Sequence record: NC_016571.1
Length of the DNA: 64,000 nucleotides
Reading direction: 5' to 3' (one strand)
Below the pieces are notes generated by a model. That model made no database searches. It saw only the letters and a program-made list of their open reading frames with translations, and was not told the origin of the DNA. Both the position numbers and the translations under genes were made by a program. This document shows, in pieces, positions 9,052-18,643 of this stretch (position 1 is the first letter of the stretch; every line of letters starts with the position of its first letter).

Positions 9052-9079
9052 CCTTGCTACCTCTACCGGGGTAGCAAGG
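9052..9079 (+). terminator. Hairpin CCTTGCTACCTC-TACC-GGGGTAGCAAGG
   Basis: 12-bp stem right after the stop codon. Confidence 0.7.
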
Positions 9080-9088
9080 GATAATACT

Positions 9089-9838
9089 TTGAACTATTAT
9101 TTTTTTTATGGAGCAACAAACATGTCTTGGGAATTAGAACATTTCGCTACAATGGTATCCGGGTGTGAATCTATCAATACTCATTTGGCTAAGGGCACTG
9201 GCCTGTCTGCTGATGGTGAGTATGCCTTCACTGTACTTAAACTCCATGCTTCTGATGCAGGCTTTGTTGCAGGAACCGAGGGTTTCCTGGACAACGTTAA
9301 GAAAGGCGCTAAGAAAGGGAAAGAGTGGTTTATTGCTTTCTTCAAAGCACTGAAAGATTTCTTCAAACAAGGTTTCAGAAATGTAATCTCTAACCTGGGT
9401 AAGTTGAAAGGCGGTGATAAGAAACATGCAGCTAAAACGGCAGCCACTTCTTTATCTCAATTGGAAGCAGCGATTAACGTACTCGAAATTGTAAGTGATC
9501 GTGATGCTGGTCTTGACACCGGTTACTACCGTGAGATGTTGGCCTTTAAGAATGATGTAATCCATGCCAGCCAATTATCCAAGAAAGCCAATGAACACGA
9601 CGTTGATCGTCTTATCAAGTTGGTTGAAGACGCTCTCTCTAAGGGTCAGCGGTTGTCAGACCGTATGGCAACTGACTGGGAACGTAATGTGGAGAAAGCC
9701 GATGCCGATGAGCACCAGAGAAAGTACTATATGGAGTTAGGGCGTGCCGGTGTTGATGTAGGGCGTGCCCTTAGCTTTGTTACAAGTGCTGCTCAGGTAT
9801 GGTCTCGCGAACTACGTGATGCTGGTGTGAAAGAATAA
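9089..9838 (+). CDS. Putative internal head protein, orphan member of the G-x-E paralog family (probable start ATG 9122)
   Basis: SGCES and AGTEGFLDNVKKGAKKGKEWFIAFFKALKDFF mirror the cleavage site plus amphipathic helix of the 20.5-37 kb head proteins. GGAG SD before 9122. Confidence 0.6.
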   Translation: MNYYFFYGATNMSWELEHFATMVSGCESINTHLAKGTGLSADGEYAFTVLKLHASDAGFVAGTEGFLDNVKKGAKKGKEWFIAFFKALKDFFKQGFRNVISNLGKLKGGDKKHAAKTAATSLSQLEAAINVLEIVSDRDAGLDTGYYREMLAFKNDVIHASQLSKKANEHDVDRLIKLVEDALSKGQRLSDRMATDWERNVEKADADEHQRKYYMELGRAGVDVGRALSFVTSAAQVWSRELRDAGVKE

Positions 9839-9883
9839 CATATTCCCCTTACCCTCCGAAAGGAAGGGTAAGGGTTATGTTTG
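9837..9883. terminator. Bidirectional terminator-like hairpin (GAAA loop, bulged A)
   Basis: AACATA..CCCTTACCCTCC-GAAA-GGAAGGGTAAGGG-TTATGTTT between convergent genes. Confidence 0.8.
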
Positions 9884-11197
9884 TTATCTGAGTATTTGAG
9901 ATAAAGACATGGTTATGGTTTTCAATTGAGATACGTGCATCGCTTTCATACGCGTCAGCATGAACTGTGTAAATACGTAAACGGTTTCTGCTGATACACG
10001 GGTTTTGATCGCACCCAGTTTCTCACCGCAACATGTTTTACACAAGTTGTCATCAGGCTGAGTACAATACTCAGGAACACGCATTGCGACGACTGTACCA
10101 ATTAAGGATTCATGAGCCTTAGTCAACAGTACTGGCGTATTCCCTTCCATGATGTAACCACCCAACCAACCTTTGAAGTTAAACTTATTCAGCTTAATAG
10201 GTTCTGTGCGTTTGGTATCGCACATATCGGAACCAATCATCATACGGTTAGTTAAGAGAATAGCTACCTTAACTTCTGCACCACCTTCACCGGTTGCGTT
10301 ACCACGGTCAAATGACGCAGATACAGCGGTGTTAATGTATTCAGGATAATGATCAGGATCCCAACCCTCATCCAGTGATTTACGCAGTAATTGATATTTA
10401 CCTGTGTTGAAGTCAGGTACCATATCAAAGATGATGAACATCTTCTTACGGGCGTTATCAATGAACTTACCGTTAATGAAGAAGTCTTTAGATGGACCAG
10501 CGTATTGGATCTTAGCATCCAGCGCAATAACCTTATCAATAGCGATAGCTACTGCGGTAGGGTCATCTAGTTTACCTTCATCTTCTAACTGCTTCAATAG
10601 TTCATCACGGAGCTTGGTCACTTCAGGATGCACAGTGAGAACATCGATAGATGAAGCTTTAACGAAGACTTGGTTCATACCTTCAAGGTAGTCCAACTGC
10701 TTTGTTGCTTTCAGACATTCATCTACGGATGCTTTCCCTTCCGGTAGTTCTTCCCCTGGTAATGGGTTATCAACCATCAAGCCATCAATGATGCCTTGTA
10801 CAACACCACCAGAGATACGACCATTTACATAACTGGTACGAGTACCGAATGACTCAAACAACACAACGATGTTAACAAGGAAGATACCGATAGTGGTTTC
10901 TTTCTTTTCTCTAACAAAGTCATGCACGTCCATGTCAATAGTCAACTTCTCATTCTTATAGAAGAGAGGTTGGTTAAAATCCTCGTAGCCAGTAATAATG
11001 ACCTTGTTACCTTGTTCATCGATAAAGTAGAACTGTTTGTTCTCGTTATCACGAATCATCGCATACGGAACTTTCTCTAAAAGAGATTTGTTCTTAGGAG
11101 TATCGTGTACGAGGCTGAAGATGGACATCAAGAAAGTCTTACGAATGTATGCACGATTCTTAAATGCCAAGAACAGATAGTCGAGCTTATGCATCAA
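9884..11197 (-). CDS. rpoC: Virion RNA polymerase beta' subunit, C-terminal part (phiKZ gp80-like)
   Basis: NARKKMF; SFDRGNATGEGGAEVK (bridge helix); Zn site CDT...RVPEYC...LCKTCCG; FMLTRMKAMH (trigger loop). Assignment as the virion enzyme is from recalled gene order. Confidence 0.8.
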   Translation of the reverse strand: MMHKLDYLFLAFKNRAYIRKTFLMSIFSLVHDTPKNKSLLEKVPYAMIRDNENKQFYFIDEQGNKVIITGYEDFNQPLFYKNEKLTIDMDVHDFVREKKETTIGIFLVNIVVLFESFGTRTSYVNGRISGGVVQGIIDGLMVDNPLPGEELPEGKASVDECLKATKQLDYLEGMNQVFVKASSIDVLTVHPEVTKLRDELLKQLEDEGKLDDPTAVAIAIDKVIALDAKIQYAGPSKDFFINGKFIDNARKKMFIIFDMVPDFNTGKYQLLRKSLDEGWDPDHYPEYINTAVSASFDRGNATGEGGAEVKVAILLTNRMMIGSDMCDTKRTEPIKLNKFNFKGWLGGYIMEGNTPVLLTKAHESLIGTVVAMRVPEYCTQPDDNLCKTCCGEKLGAIKTRVSAETVYVFTQFMLTRMKAMHVSQLKTITMSLSQILR

Positions 11198-12074
11198 GCT
11201 TCACCTCTTTCAATATTTCATTTCCTTTATACACTTCCTCAATGGTGGAGCAGTGATCTTCGATTAATGCAGTGAACTGTCCGAAGATCTCTTTATCGCT
11301 GAGGTCAGAGATAATCATCAAGGATAATACCATGCCCAGATAAACGATCGGTTCTTCATCTACCAATGACAACGCTAACTCATTAGCAAACAGGGTGAAG
11401 TAAACGTCAATGTTTAAACCAACACCACCACCATTTGCTATGTGGGTACCAGCAAAGGTTTTCACCAGGAATTGCTTGTTACGGATGATGCGCTGTTTCA
11501 GTACGTGATCCAGAACTTGATCGTCGTCTTCATCAATCAGGTTCAAACCGATTTTAATACCACGAATGGTATTCATGGAAACGTCTTCAATGAAGTACTC
11601 CATGTCATCCAGCTTGTTCTCATACTGAGGCTGGGTTAGTCTGACGATTTTCAGGAAACGTTCTTTACAGTCTGCTTCATCGTCATCTAATACGTCAACC
11701 AAGCCGATCAGGTCAGTCATACCGTCGAACAGATAAATGGTATCGATAACGATCTTCAATGGTTCTAAGTGATCCATTGTTAAAAAGTCTTTATCAATGA
11801 TAATACCCATTATCTGCAACGCGTCGATAAAGGTATCGATAAACAGTTTGCGGACATGAGCAATCAAGTCTGCCGTATCTAAACCTTCATCAATAAACAG
11901 ATGTTCTAGCGTTGAGTCGATGTAACTGTCAGGGAATGACAACGTAATTAAATTATACGACTCAATGAATAATGTAGCTTGGGCAGGATGTACACGCGCT
12001 ATAAAGTCCAGCCACATATCACCTAAATTTTCCGCACCTAAGTCTACGTTGGTAAGATCAATCATATCTGACAT
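11187..12074 (-). CDS. Hypothetical acidic protein, co-transcribed with the vRNAP subunit
   Basis: 295-aa ORF overlapping the next gene by 11 nt. Confidence 0.75.
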   Translation of the reverse strand: MSDMIDLTNVDLGAENLGDMWLDFIARVHPAQATLFIESYNLITLSFPDSYIDSTLEHLFIDEGLDTADLIAHVRKLFIDTFIDALQIMGIIIDKDFLTMDHLEPLKIVIDTIYLFDGMTDLIGLVDVLDDDEADCKERFLKIVRLTQPQYENKLDDMEYFIEDVSMNTIRGIKIGLNLIDEDDDQVLDHVLKQRIIRNKQFLVKTFAGTHIANGGGVGLNIDVYFTLFANELALSLVDEEPIVYLGMVLSLMIISDLSDKEIFGQFTALIEDHCSTIEEVYKGNEILKEVKLDA

Positions 12075-12107
12075 AGATTTGCCTATTTACTTATAAGGGG
12101 TCATAAC

Positions 12108-12866
12108 ATGTCTAAGAAGTCCGTTCACACTCGTGCTGTAAAACGCAATGCCCGCGCTAAAGCTAAACGTACATCAATCGCTCGTGGCAAGGCAACTCCA
12201 GCTGCGTTACAGCAGAAGAAGATGAACAAACTCTTTGACGTCATTGGGGATCGTCCTGATTTCGACAACGTGTTAGAACACGCGATGAAACAAGTACGTA
12301 AGGGTAAAGTAGAGAAGTCGTCATTTAAAGACAGTTCCGAGTTACTGGATGGTCTGAAGAAAATGACAGGCGAAGTATTCCGTATGTACTGTTATATTAC
12401 TCTGGTTAACGAGATGATTAACAAGCAAGTTATTGTTGATGAGATCAAAGTTGACCTGCCTGGTATTACTCGCAAGCTGCTGGAAATCGACAACCGCATC
12501 GGTCAGTTGGTTTATCTGACTGAGAACCGCACTGAGATGGAAGATAAGTTCGGTGAAGGTTCTGACCTCTACATTAACACCGAATCTCTGGATATGGGCA
12601 CCACACTCCAGACCTTCGCAGATATTCTGTATGAAGAAGTTGCTCGTTTCGAACCGCATTCTCTGGTATTCGAAGAAACATTATCTCGTCTGGCTGATGG
12701 CGAAGCAGAAGGTGATGAGAACCAACGTCGCTTCAAAGTACTGCAAACTATCGCTTACGCTTACATGGCTGACATTAGTCTGAAAGATAAAGAAGCGGAA
12801 GAACAGACTGCTTCAGAACTTCAAGAAGACAACACTGGTGGAAATAACGAACCCGTTGTTGCTTAA
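12108..12866 (+). CDS. Hypothetical protein (basic N-terminus, acidic C-terminus)
   Basis: 252 aa; K/R-rich first 40 aa; strong codon bias. Confidence 0.8.
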   Translation: MSKKSVHTRAVKRNARAKAKRTSIARGKATPAALQQKKMNKLFDVIGDRPDFDNVLEHAMKQVRKGKVEKSSFKDSSELLDGLKKMTGEVFRMYCYITLVNEMINKQVIVDEIKVDLPGITRKLLEIDNRIGQLVYLTENRTEMEDKFGEGSDLYINTESLDMGTTLQTFADILYEEVARFEPHSLVFEETLSRLADGEAEGDENQRRFKVLQTIAYAYMADISLKDKEAEEQTASELQEDNTGGNNEPVVA

Positions 12867-12907
12867 TCCGTAATCCCTCAATCCACTCCTTATATAGGAA
12901 TGTAATA

Positions 12908-14527
12908 ATGTCAGAAGTTAATAACGACACACCTCAGACAGAAATGCAGCAGGAAGTAAATAAAGAGAAGTGCATTAAGATTCTCCGTGCTACACTGCTG
13001 GGAACTGCTGATGATCTTCAACCTTCCCTTCCTCTGTTCATTGGTACTCTGAAAGAAGAACATGCGATTATCTATCGTGCTGCAACTTCTTATCTGGGTA
13101 TGGTAGATGCTCAGAAGAAAGGTAATGAACGCGCAGTAAATATCTTCAAGTCCCAGTTCGAAGAAATTCGTGCAGAACACTTCCCTGGTTCTGAAGATGC
13201 CGTTCTGTTCCCAATGTTGACCAACTACTTCCACTTCTTCTTCAATGGACTGGACCGTACTCTGGTTCGCGATGAAACCATTGATCTGGCTCAGACCGCT
13301 GATGTCGGTAACACTTTCCCAGGCAAAGCTGGACCGATGGCACTGGTTAACCCTTTGACTCCATCTGTTAATGCCACGATGGGTGTCCGTGAACGTATGC
13401 GTCGTAACTTCCTGCGTGCTTATGATCGCCCTGACTCTTTCAACCTGGTTCTGGAAAACTCCCTCATCTTTATGAAGGTTAAAGTTCCTGAGCCATTGGA
13501 ACTGGTTCGTCTGATTAATGACATCGTCATTAAGCTTCGCCAGTACGGTGAAAAGTATCAGGTGTCTTCTCTCCACCTGGAACGTGCCGGTATTGGTAAG
13601 ATCCTGGTTAACTTCATTCTGGACCGTCTGTCATACCACAGTGTTAAAGGTATTGACGATCCGTATGAACTGAAGTCAATTATTCTGGCTAACGACCTTA
13701 ACCAGATTGCACAGACTCTGTTATGTATCACTCAGCCTAAGGGTGTTGCATTCCGCATGTACTGCCTGGCTAACAAGTGTAACTACTCAGAGAACGTTAT
13801 CATTGATCCTACATCAATGTTACTGGAACTGGGTAACACTATGCCTGAGAAGCGCTGGGAGCTCTTACAGGACGTTGTTAACAATGGTCGTAAGTTATCC
13901 CGTGAAGAGATCGCTGCTAACCCTCCTGTCTATCTGGACAAAGAAGGTAAGGAAATCAAACCAGGGGTTGACCTGAAAGACGGTACTGGTCGCTTGCTGA
14001 TTGGTGTTCCTACCATGGGTGAGTACTTCGCTGCGTTTGATGCAATGGCAGAACGTCTGAACCCTGAACTGCGTCAGTTGGCAGTAGACTTCCCTAATCA
14101 GAAGATCTACTCTGAAAAACGTAAAGAAGTGGTTGCTGCGTTACGTGGCGGCGAGTACCTGCAATGGTTCCGCGCTTACGAAATCTTCCCTCCTGTTGGT
14201 GAAGAAGGTGATAACGAAATCATTACTCGTGAAGAAGATCCTAAAGAGTTCGATGAAGGTCTGATGGATATCTTCAACAAGGATGACGATCTTTACTACG
14301 ATGCCATTCAGCAGATCATTACTTACGCACCTCGTATGACATATACCTTCGTTGGTATTAAAGACGACGTGTGCCCTAACTGTAAGAAGAAAGCAGAAGG
14401 TGTTGACCGTGAAGCTACCCCAGGCTTTACTCCAGTTGACCCAGTACTGAATTTTTTCGACCATACCCGAATGATGATCAACGTCCAGACGTTCAACGGA
14501 ACTTTACAAGAGGACAGTCTTTCTTAA
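12908..14527 (+). CDS. Conserved-type hypothetical protein with two Cys pairs (possible Zn-binding baseplate assembly factor)
   Basis: YCLANKCNY and VCPNCKK motifs. Function is a guess. Confidence 0.55.
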   Translation: MSEVNNDTPQTEMQQEVNKEKCIKILRATLLGTADDLQPSLPLFIGTLKEEHAIIYRAATSYLGMVDAQKKGNERAVNIFKSQFEEIRAEHFPGSEDAVLFPMLTNYFHFFFNGLDRTLVRDETIDLAQTADVGNTFPGKAGPMALVNPLTPSVNATMGVRERMRRNFLRAYDRPDSFNLVLENSLIFMKVKVPEPLELVRLINDIVIKLRQYGEKYQVSSLHLERAGIGKILVNFILDRLSYHSVKGIDDPYELKSIILANDLNQIAQTLLCITQPKGVAFRMYCLANKCNYSENVIIDPTSMLLELGNTMPEKRWELLQDVVNNGRKLSREEIAANPPVYLDKEGKEIKPGVDLKDGTGRLLIGVPTMGEYFAAFDAMAERLNPELRQLAVDFPNQKIYSEKRKEVVAALRGGEYLQWFRAYEIFPPVGEEGDNEIITREEDPKEFDEGLMDIFNKDDDLYYDAIQQIITYAPRMTYTFVGIKDDVCPNCKKKAEGVDREATPGFTPVDPVLNFFDHTRMMINVQTFNGTLQEDSLS

Positions 14528-14568
14528 ATACTGAGAAAGATTTAAACCCTCAATCGGTTAATAAGGCG

Positions 14569-14979
14569 ATGGAATTACTCATCGCCTCAGCCAATGAAGT
14601 TGATCCATTGAAGTTAGCCATAACCGATCATCGGATGTTTGCTTTGCGTCATGGGTACATCTCTGATAAGGAACCTTTTGTTAACCACATTAAGTTCAAT
14701 ACTCAGTTACGGGATTGTTATCATCCGTGGTCGGCTAGCTCTGTCGGACACACATACGGGATACGGGAATACGAAAAGGTTATATCTCTGAAGGACTACA
14801 TGACTATGCCGGTAGACCTTACTGAGGATCTTTTGGAAGCCGTTGTTCGTGGTCAAGCTGACTTAGCTAAGCTTAAGAAAGAAGCTGCGGACAAAGCTGC
14901 ACGTGCAGCAGGTGGATCTACCGACCCTGGTAAGTCTGCCATAACTAATGCATTAAGAGAGGACAAGCGTCATGGGTAA
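14569..14979 (+). CDS. Hypothetical protein
   Basis: 136-aa ORF with AAGG SD. Confidence 0.7.
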   Translation: MELLIASANEVDPLKLAITDHRMFALRHGYISDKEPFVNHIKFNTQLRDCYHPWSASSVGHTYGIREYEKVISLKDYMTMPVDLTEDLLEAVVRGQADLAKLKKEAADKAARAAGGSTDPGKSAITNALREDKRHG

Positions 14980-15499
14980 TGCTTTTGAACCACCTAAGGT
15001 AGACAAGCGTCAGAATGCTGTCGCCGTACAAGTTGCTGCTGAAGTAAAAGAAGCTGAAGCACCACGCGTACCTACTACTCCAGCCACCATTTATAAAAAT
15101 GGTATTGATACCTTCGTTCGCTTCCTGAAAGGTGAAGTGTTTGGTGGTTCCCTGGAAGAACGTAAGAAGTATCAGCTGCAATTCGTTGATTCTATCTGGC
15201 CTATGCTGGAACTGAGCGACGCACTGCTGAAAGACATTCTGGATCACTTCGTTATTCAGATTGTTGAGAACAAAGATGTATTCAACTACAATTCTGTTTG
15301 TGCTCCTCTGTTCTCCGTTGAATCAGATCGTGCAACCGATGTGATGACTCGTTACAAGCAGTTCATGCTGTTCATTATCATGTACGCTGAGAATGCTCGT
15401 GACCGTCAACGTTTCCTGGCTATGTACGATGTACCTCGTTTCACTAACACGCTGACTCCTATCGCGAAACAGCGTCTTACCAACTACGTGTATCGTTAA
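14972..15499 (+). CDS. Hypothetical protein
   Basis: 175-aa ORF with GAGG SD and strong codon bias. Confidence 0.8.
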   Translation: MGNAFEPPKVDKRQNAVAVQVAAEVKEAEAPRVPTTPATIYKNGIDTFVRFLKGEVFGGSLEERKKYQLQFVDSIWPMLELSDALLKDILDHFVIQIVENKDVFNYNSVCAPLFSVESDRATDVMTRYKQFMLFIIMYAENARDRQRFLAMYDVPRFTNTLTPIAKQRLTNYVYR

Positions 15500-15506
15500 T
15501 ATAATT

Positions 15507-15548
15507 CCCTACTCCCTCCGCAAGGAAGGGGTAGGGGTTTATGTTTGT
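15507..15548 (+). terminator. Hairpin (GCAA loop, C.A mismatch) with TTTATGTTT tail
   Basis: CCCTACTCCCTCC-GCAA-GGAAGGGGTAGGG-GTTTATGTTTG. Confidence 0.8.
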
Positions 15549-15563
15549 CTATTCATTTTCAAA

Positions 15564-15590
15564 CAGATATTATTATAATGTATAAGTACA
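15564..15590 (+). promoter_or_regulatory. Putative early (virion RNAP) promoter, ATATTA-N6-TGTA
   Basis: CAG-ATATTA-TTATAA-TGTA. The same spacing recurs at 47736 and 54477. Resembles the TATTAC-type phiKZ early element. Confidence 0.55.
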
Positions 15591-15621
15591 AATCTAAATT
15601 ACCCCAATAAGGAATAACACC

Positions 15622-16089
15622 GTGGCTGATATTACTGATGATTTCTTCTCTGTTACTGAAGACTCTTTCAAAGAGTTACTGAAAGATAAAGTAGCTGGTA
15701 TTGATGAGCGTAAACTTGTTCATTTGATCAAGGGTATTCGCAAACAGTCTTACTTCGGTGAGAGCATGTTCAAAGATCCTGCATTCGGCCAGGGCGAGCG
15801 CTGTAAGGTTGTTTACCAAGCCGTCCCTAACCCACTGACTGCTGAACAGTTCCATGAGCAATCTAACATCAAGGTTCCTTATACTGATCTGTTGGACGCC
15901 TTTGTCATTCCGCTGTGGGTTCCTAATCAGTGTAATGCGGTACAAGCTCGTCTGGCTATCTGCACCCCGCGATATGGGGACCATGTCATCGCTGTACAGG
16001 TCCGTTATGGCTTCAAACAAAATGTGTGGGCAACCATTTACTGTGATACCCAAACAGTAAAAATCGCCATCCGTTCAATCCTCCGTTAA
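15622..16089 (+). CDS. Hypothetical early protein (paralog of 16101..16568)
   Basis: Shares E.SF.ELL, LDA.VIP and QVR with the next ORF. AAGGA SD with GTG start. Confidence 0.7.
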   Translation: MADITDDFFSVTEDSFKELLKDKVAGIDERKLVHLIKGIRKQSYFGESMFKDPAFGQGERCKVVYQAVPNPLTAEQFHEQSNIKVPYTDLLDAFVIPLWVPNQCNAVQARLAICTPRYGDHVIAVQVRYGFKQNVWATIYCDTQTVKIAIRSILR

Positions 16090-16100
16090 TAGGTATCCCC

Positions 16101-16568
16101 ATGGCTAAAGAAATTACCGAAGAACAATTCAATCATGACATCCCTCCATCTATTCTGGAGAAGTCTTTCCGTGAGTTGTTGAACGAAACGTTCATTAAGG
16201 ATAAGCGAGCTTATTTGATTCACGAAGTTCGTAACATGTCCCATCACTCTGGTTTTGAGAACATTTTCAACTACGAATACATCGATCACTACGAACGTGT
16301 GGTTGTTGAAAAAGATGCTATTGTCAATCCGTTCTTTGATGATAGTCCTGATCGCCCTGAGAAGCTCGATGCGCTGGTTATTCCGTTCATGGATGGGTAT
16401 GGTTCAGTTTGCCATATCAAGCTGTGTATCTCCATTAGCGAGTACGAATATCCTACCTATGAACTTCGTTTCCAGGTTCGTGGGGTTCGCCGCAATATCC
16501 ATCTTCCGGTAACGCCGAAGAACGCTCTGCCCACCATTAAGAAACTTCAGTACCCTGGTAAGTTCTAA
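16101..16568 (+). CDS. Hypothetical early protein (paralog of 15622..16089)
   Basis: Same shared motifs as 15622..16089. AGGT SD. Confidence 0.75.
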   Translation: MAKEITEEQFNHDIPPSILEKSFRELLNETFIKDKRAYLIHEVRNMSHHSGFENIFNYEYIDHYERVVVEKDAIVNPFFDDSPDRPEKLDALVIPFMDGYGSVCHIKLCISISEYEYPTYELRFQVRGVRRNIHLPVTPKNALPTIKKLQYPGKF

Positions 16569-16577
16569 GGAGAAGTA

Positions 16578-16832
16578 ATGTCTATCGATAAAAGGAAGTG
16601 GGTTGTATCATCTAAAGGCCGACCTACTAATACCGTGGAAATATCTGCTGTTCAGTACGGTGCCCATGGTAATACCTCGTGGGGCTGGCCCGGTGTCGAT
16701 AAAATAATTCTTCTTGACCAGCGCTCTGGGTATTCTCCCGATTTACCAAACGCCATGGAGCTGATCAAAGATGCTGAGGAACTCGCTCAGGTTGTCTGTG
16801 ATCATAAGAATAAGAAGTTAGGTCTACTATAA
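16578..16832 (+). CDS. Small hypothetical protein
   Basis: AAGGAG SD; 84 aa. Confidence 0.75.
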   Translation: MSIDKRKWVVSSKGRPTNTVEISAVQYGAHGNTSWGWPGVDKIILLDQRSGYSPDLPNAMELIKDAEELAQVVCDHKNKKLGLL

Positions 16833-16834
16833 AG

Positions 16835-16879
16835 ACATATCCCCTACCCACTCCGTCAAGGAGGGGTAGGGGTTTATGA
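16835..16879. terminator. Bidirectional hairpin; 32-bp core is the exact reverse complement of 22748..22779
   Basis: ACATAT-CCCCTACCCACTCC-GTCAA-GGAGGGGTAGGGG-TTTATG between convergent genes. Confidence 0.8.
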
Positions 16880-18628
16880 TTATGCTGCTTTTTTCATTTG
16901 TTCGATGAATGGGATTACAGACTCTTCATAGAAAGAGTTGATTTCAGTTAACTGAGGCATCCCGTAAATGGTATTACACAATGTCACTGCGTTAGCGATC
17001 GGTGATGATGCATAGTTCACACCAACGCGACGGAACTCGAAACGGTCCAGTCCTTCAATCTCACACACTTCCATCTTAGTAGTCTTGTTAGACACGTTAA
17101 GTGAAACTGTGATATGAGGGTAGGCACCTGTTACGTCGATATCGTCCGTATCCCCACGACCACGTGAACGCCATGAAGGAAGTCCAGCATAGATAGCTTT
17201 ACCTTTATCTTCATTAAGCTCAGCATGGAGCAGAGCGATCCAGTCACGCAGGTCTGGCTTGATCTCTTTCCAAAGATCTTCCTTCTTACGACCAACTGTA
17301 CCCCAAACATAACCTTCTTTCAATGCGATGAATGAAAGCTTATCGGAGATCATTGATGGTTGTGATTGGTAAGACTTCAGTTCAGAAGAAGTTACCAGAG
17401 ACGGAAGTGACAGTGAGTAGTCGTTAGTGGCACGGTTCAGATCTTCAATGACCCAGTTATCTCGGATGTTATACATTACGTATTCGTACGGATAATTGGC
17501 TACCATGAATTTGTGCCATTCAACAGAACCAGGTTGCAGATGTTCTGCTTCAGGAATATACAACTTCCCTTCTACCTTCTCAGCCTTAGCTGTGTTCTGC
17601 AACGAATAAGATTCCTTCTTACCCATAGGAGCACGTTTAATTGCATAGAAAGACATTCCGTCAAACCACTGCCAACGAGCTGGGGCTTGAACTACTGGGA
17701 ATCTTTCTTGTGGTTCTAAAGGAGATTGTGAACCATCTACTTTACGTTTAAACTCACGACCTTTAAAGTAATAGTAATCTTGATACGGTTTAGGAATAGA
17801 AGGATCAGAATAAGTCTCAGCTAAATTGTAACCTTCATTTTCAAGAGCTTTCTCATTCTGCTCCATATCAAAGTTTGCGTTCCAGCTAACAACGAAGTCC
17901 ATTGACATCCGGTGCCAAGCTTGTACGTTATTATAAACAACCTGACCTGGCGTGTTAGCCAGTTCCCACTGGATCGTTACACCGTGCTTGTCCATATAGT
18001 CTTTCAAGTGAATCGCCGCACACTCGTTCAACTTACGGATAATAATCGCGTCGTCTTTCTGATCTTCTTCTGGGAAGTAACTACGAAGACCCGACCAATA
18101 GGCTTGTTCCTTCATAGTAGTAGAAGCCATGTTGATTGGACCGACGGAGCCATCTTTCATGATGTAAGTTTCAACGTCGTATGCCGCAACCTTAAAAGCT
18201 TCTGCTGGTTGGTGGTCAGGGAATCTTTCGTAATACTTTTGTTTATAGATTACGGGAACAGATTCTTGACACCCGAATACATATGGGTTGTTCTTCATGT
18301 CAGAGATCTGAGCTTTACGATCTGGTCGACCAAAGAGACACTTACTGATCTGTTCTGCTAAACGTGATTCGTTGGTTGAGTGCTTGTCGCACTTGTTCGC
18401 TTCGATATAGTCACGTTTATCTTTAAAGCCTTGGTACTTCTTCTTAACAATATAGAAGTCGCGTTTATAGTTCTCAATCTGAACTAAACGGTCGGTACGT
18501 TTGCCGCTCTGATGGATATCAGTTACCTTGGCAGTAAGTAAATCATTACCACCGCTAAATTTATTGAAGGATAAGTAAGCGTGCTTACAAACGCGTCCAA
18601 CAATAGGATCTTCGATTTTATCTGTCAT
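16880..18628 (-). CDS. Split family-B DNA polymerase, 3'-5' exonuclease plus motif A subunit (phiKZ gp82-like)
   Basis: ExoI AYDVET; ExoII VSWNANFD; YSLQNTA; ExoIII YNIRD; PolB motif A DIDVTGAYP near the C-terminus. No motif B or C. Confidence 0.85.
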   Translation of the reverse strand: MTDKIEDPIVGRVCKHAYLSFNKFSGGNDLLTAKVTDIHQSGKRTDRLVQIENYKRDFYIVKKKYQGFKDKRDYIEANKCDKHSTNESRLAEQISKCLFGRPDRKAQISDMKNNPYVFGCQESVPVIYKQKYYERFPDHQPAEAFKVAAYDVETYIMKDGSVGPINMASTTMKEQAYWSGLRSYFPEEDQKDDAIIIRKLNECAAIHLKDYMDKHGVTIQWELANTPGQVVYNNVQAWHRMSMDFVVSWNANFDMEQNEKALENEGYNLAETYSDPSIPKPYQDYYYFKGREFKRKVDGSQSPLEPQERFPVVQAPARWQWFDGMSFYAIKRAPMGKKESYSLQNTAKAEKVEGKLYIPEAEHLQPGSVEWHKFMVANYPYEYVMYNIRDNWVIEDLNRATNDYSLSLPSLVTSSELKSYQSQPSMISDKLSFIALKEGYVWGTVGRKKEDLWKEIKPDLRDWIALLHAELNEDKGKAIYAGLPSWRSRGRGDTDDIDVTGAYPHITVSLNVSNKTTKMEVCEIEGLDRFEFRRVGVNYASSPIANAVTLCNTIYGMPQLTEINSFYEESVIPFIEQMKKAA

Positions 18629-18643
18629 GTCAATACCCGAATG

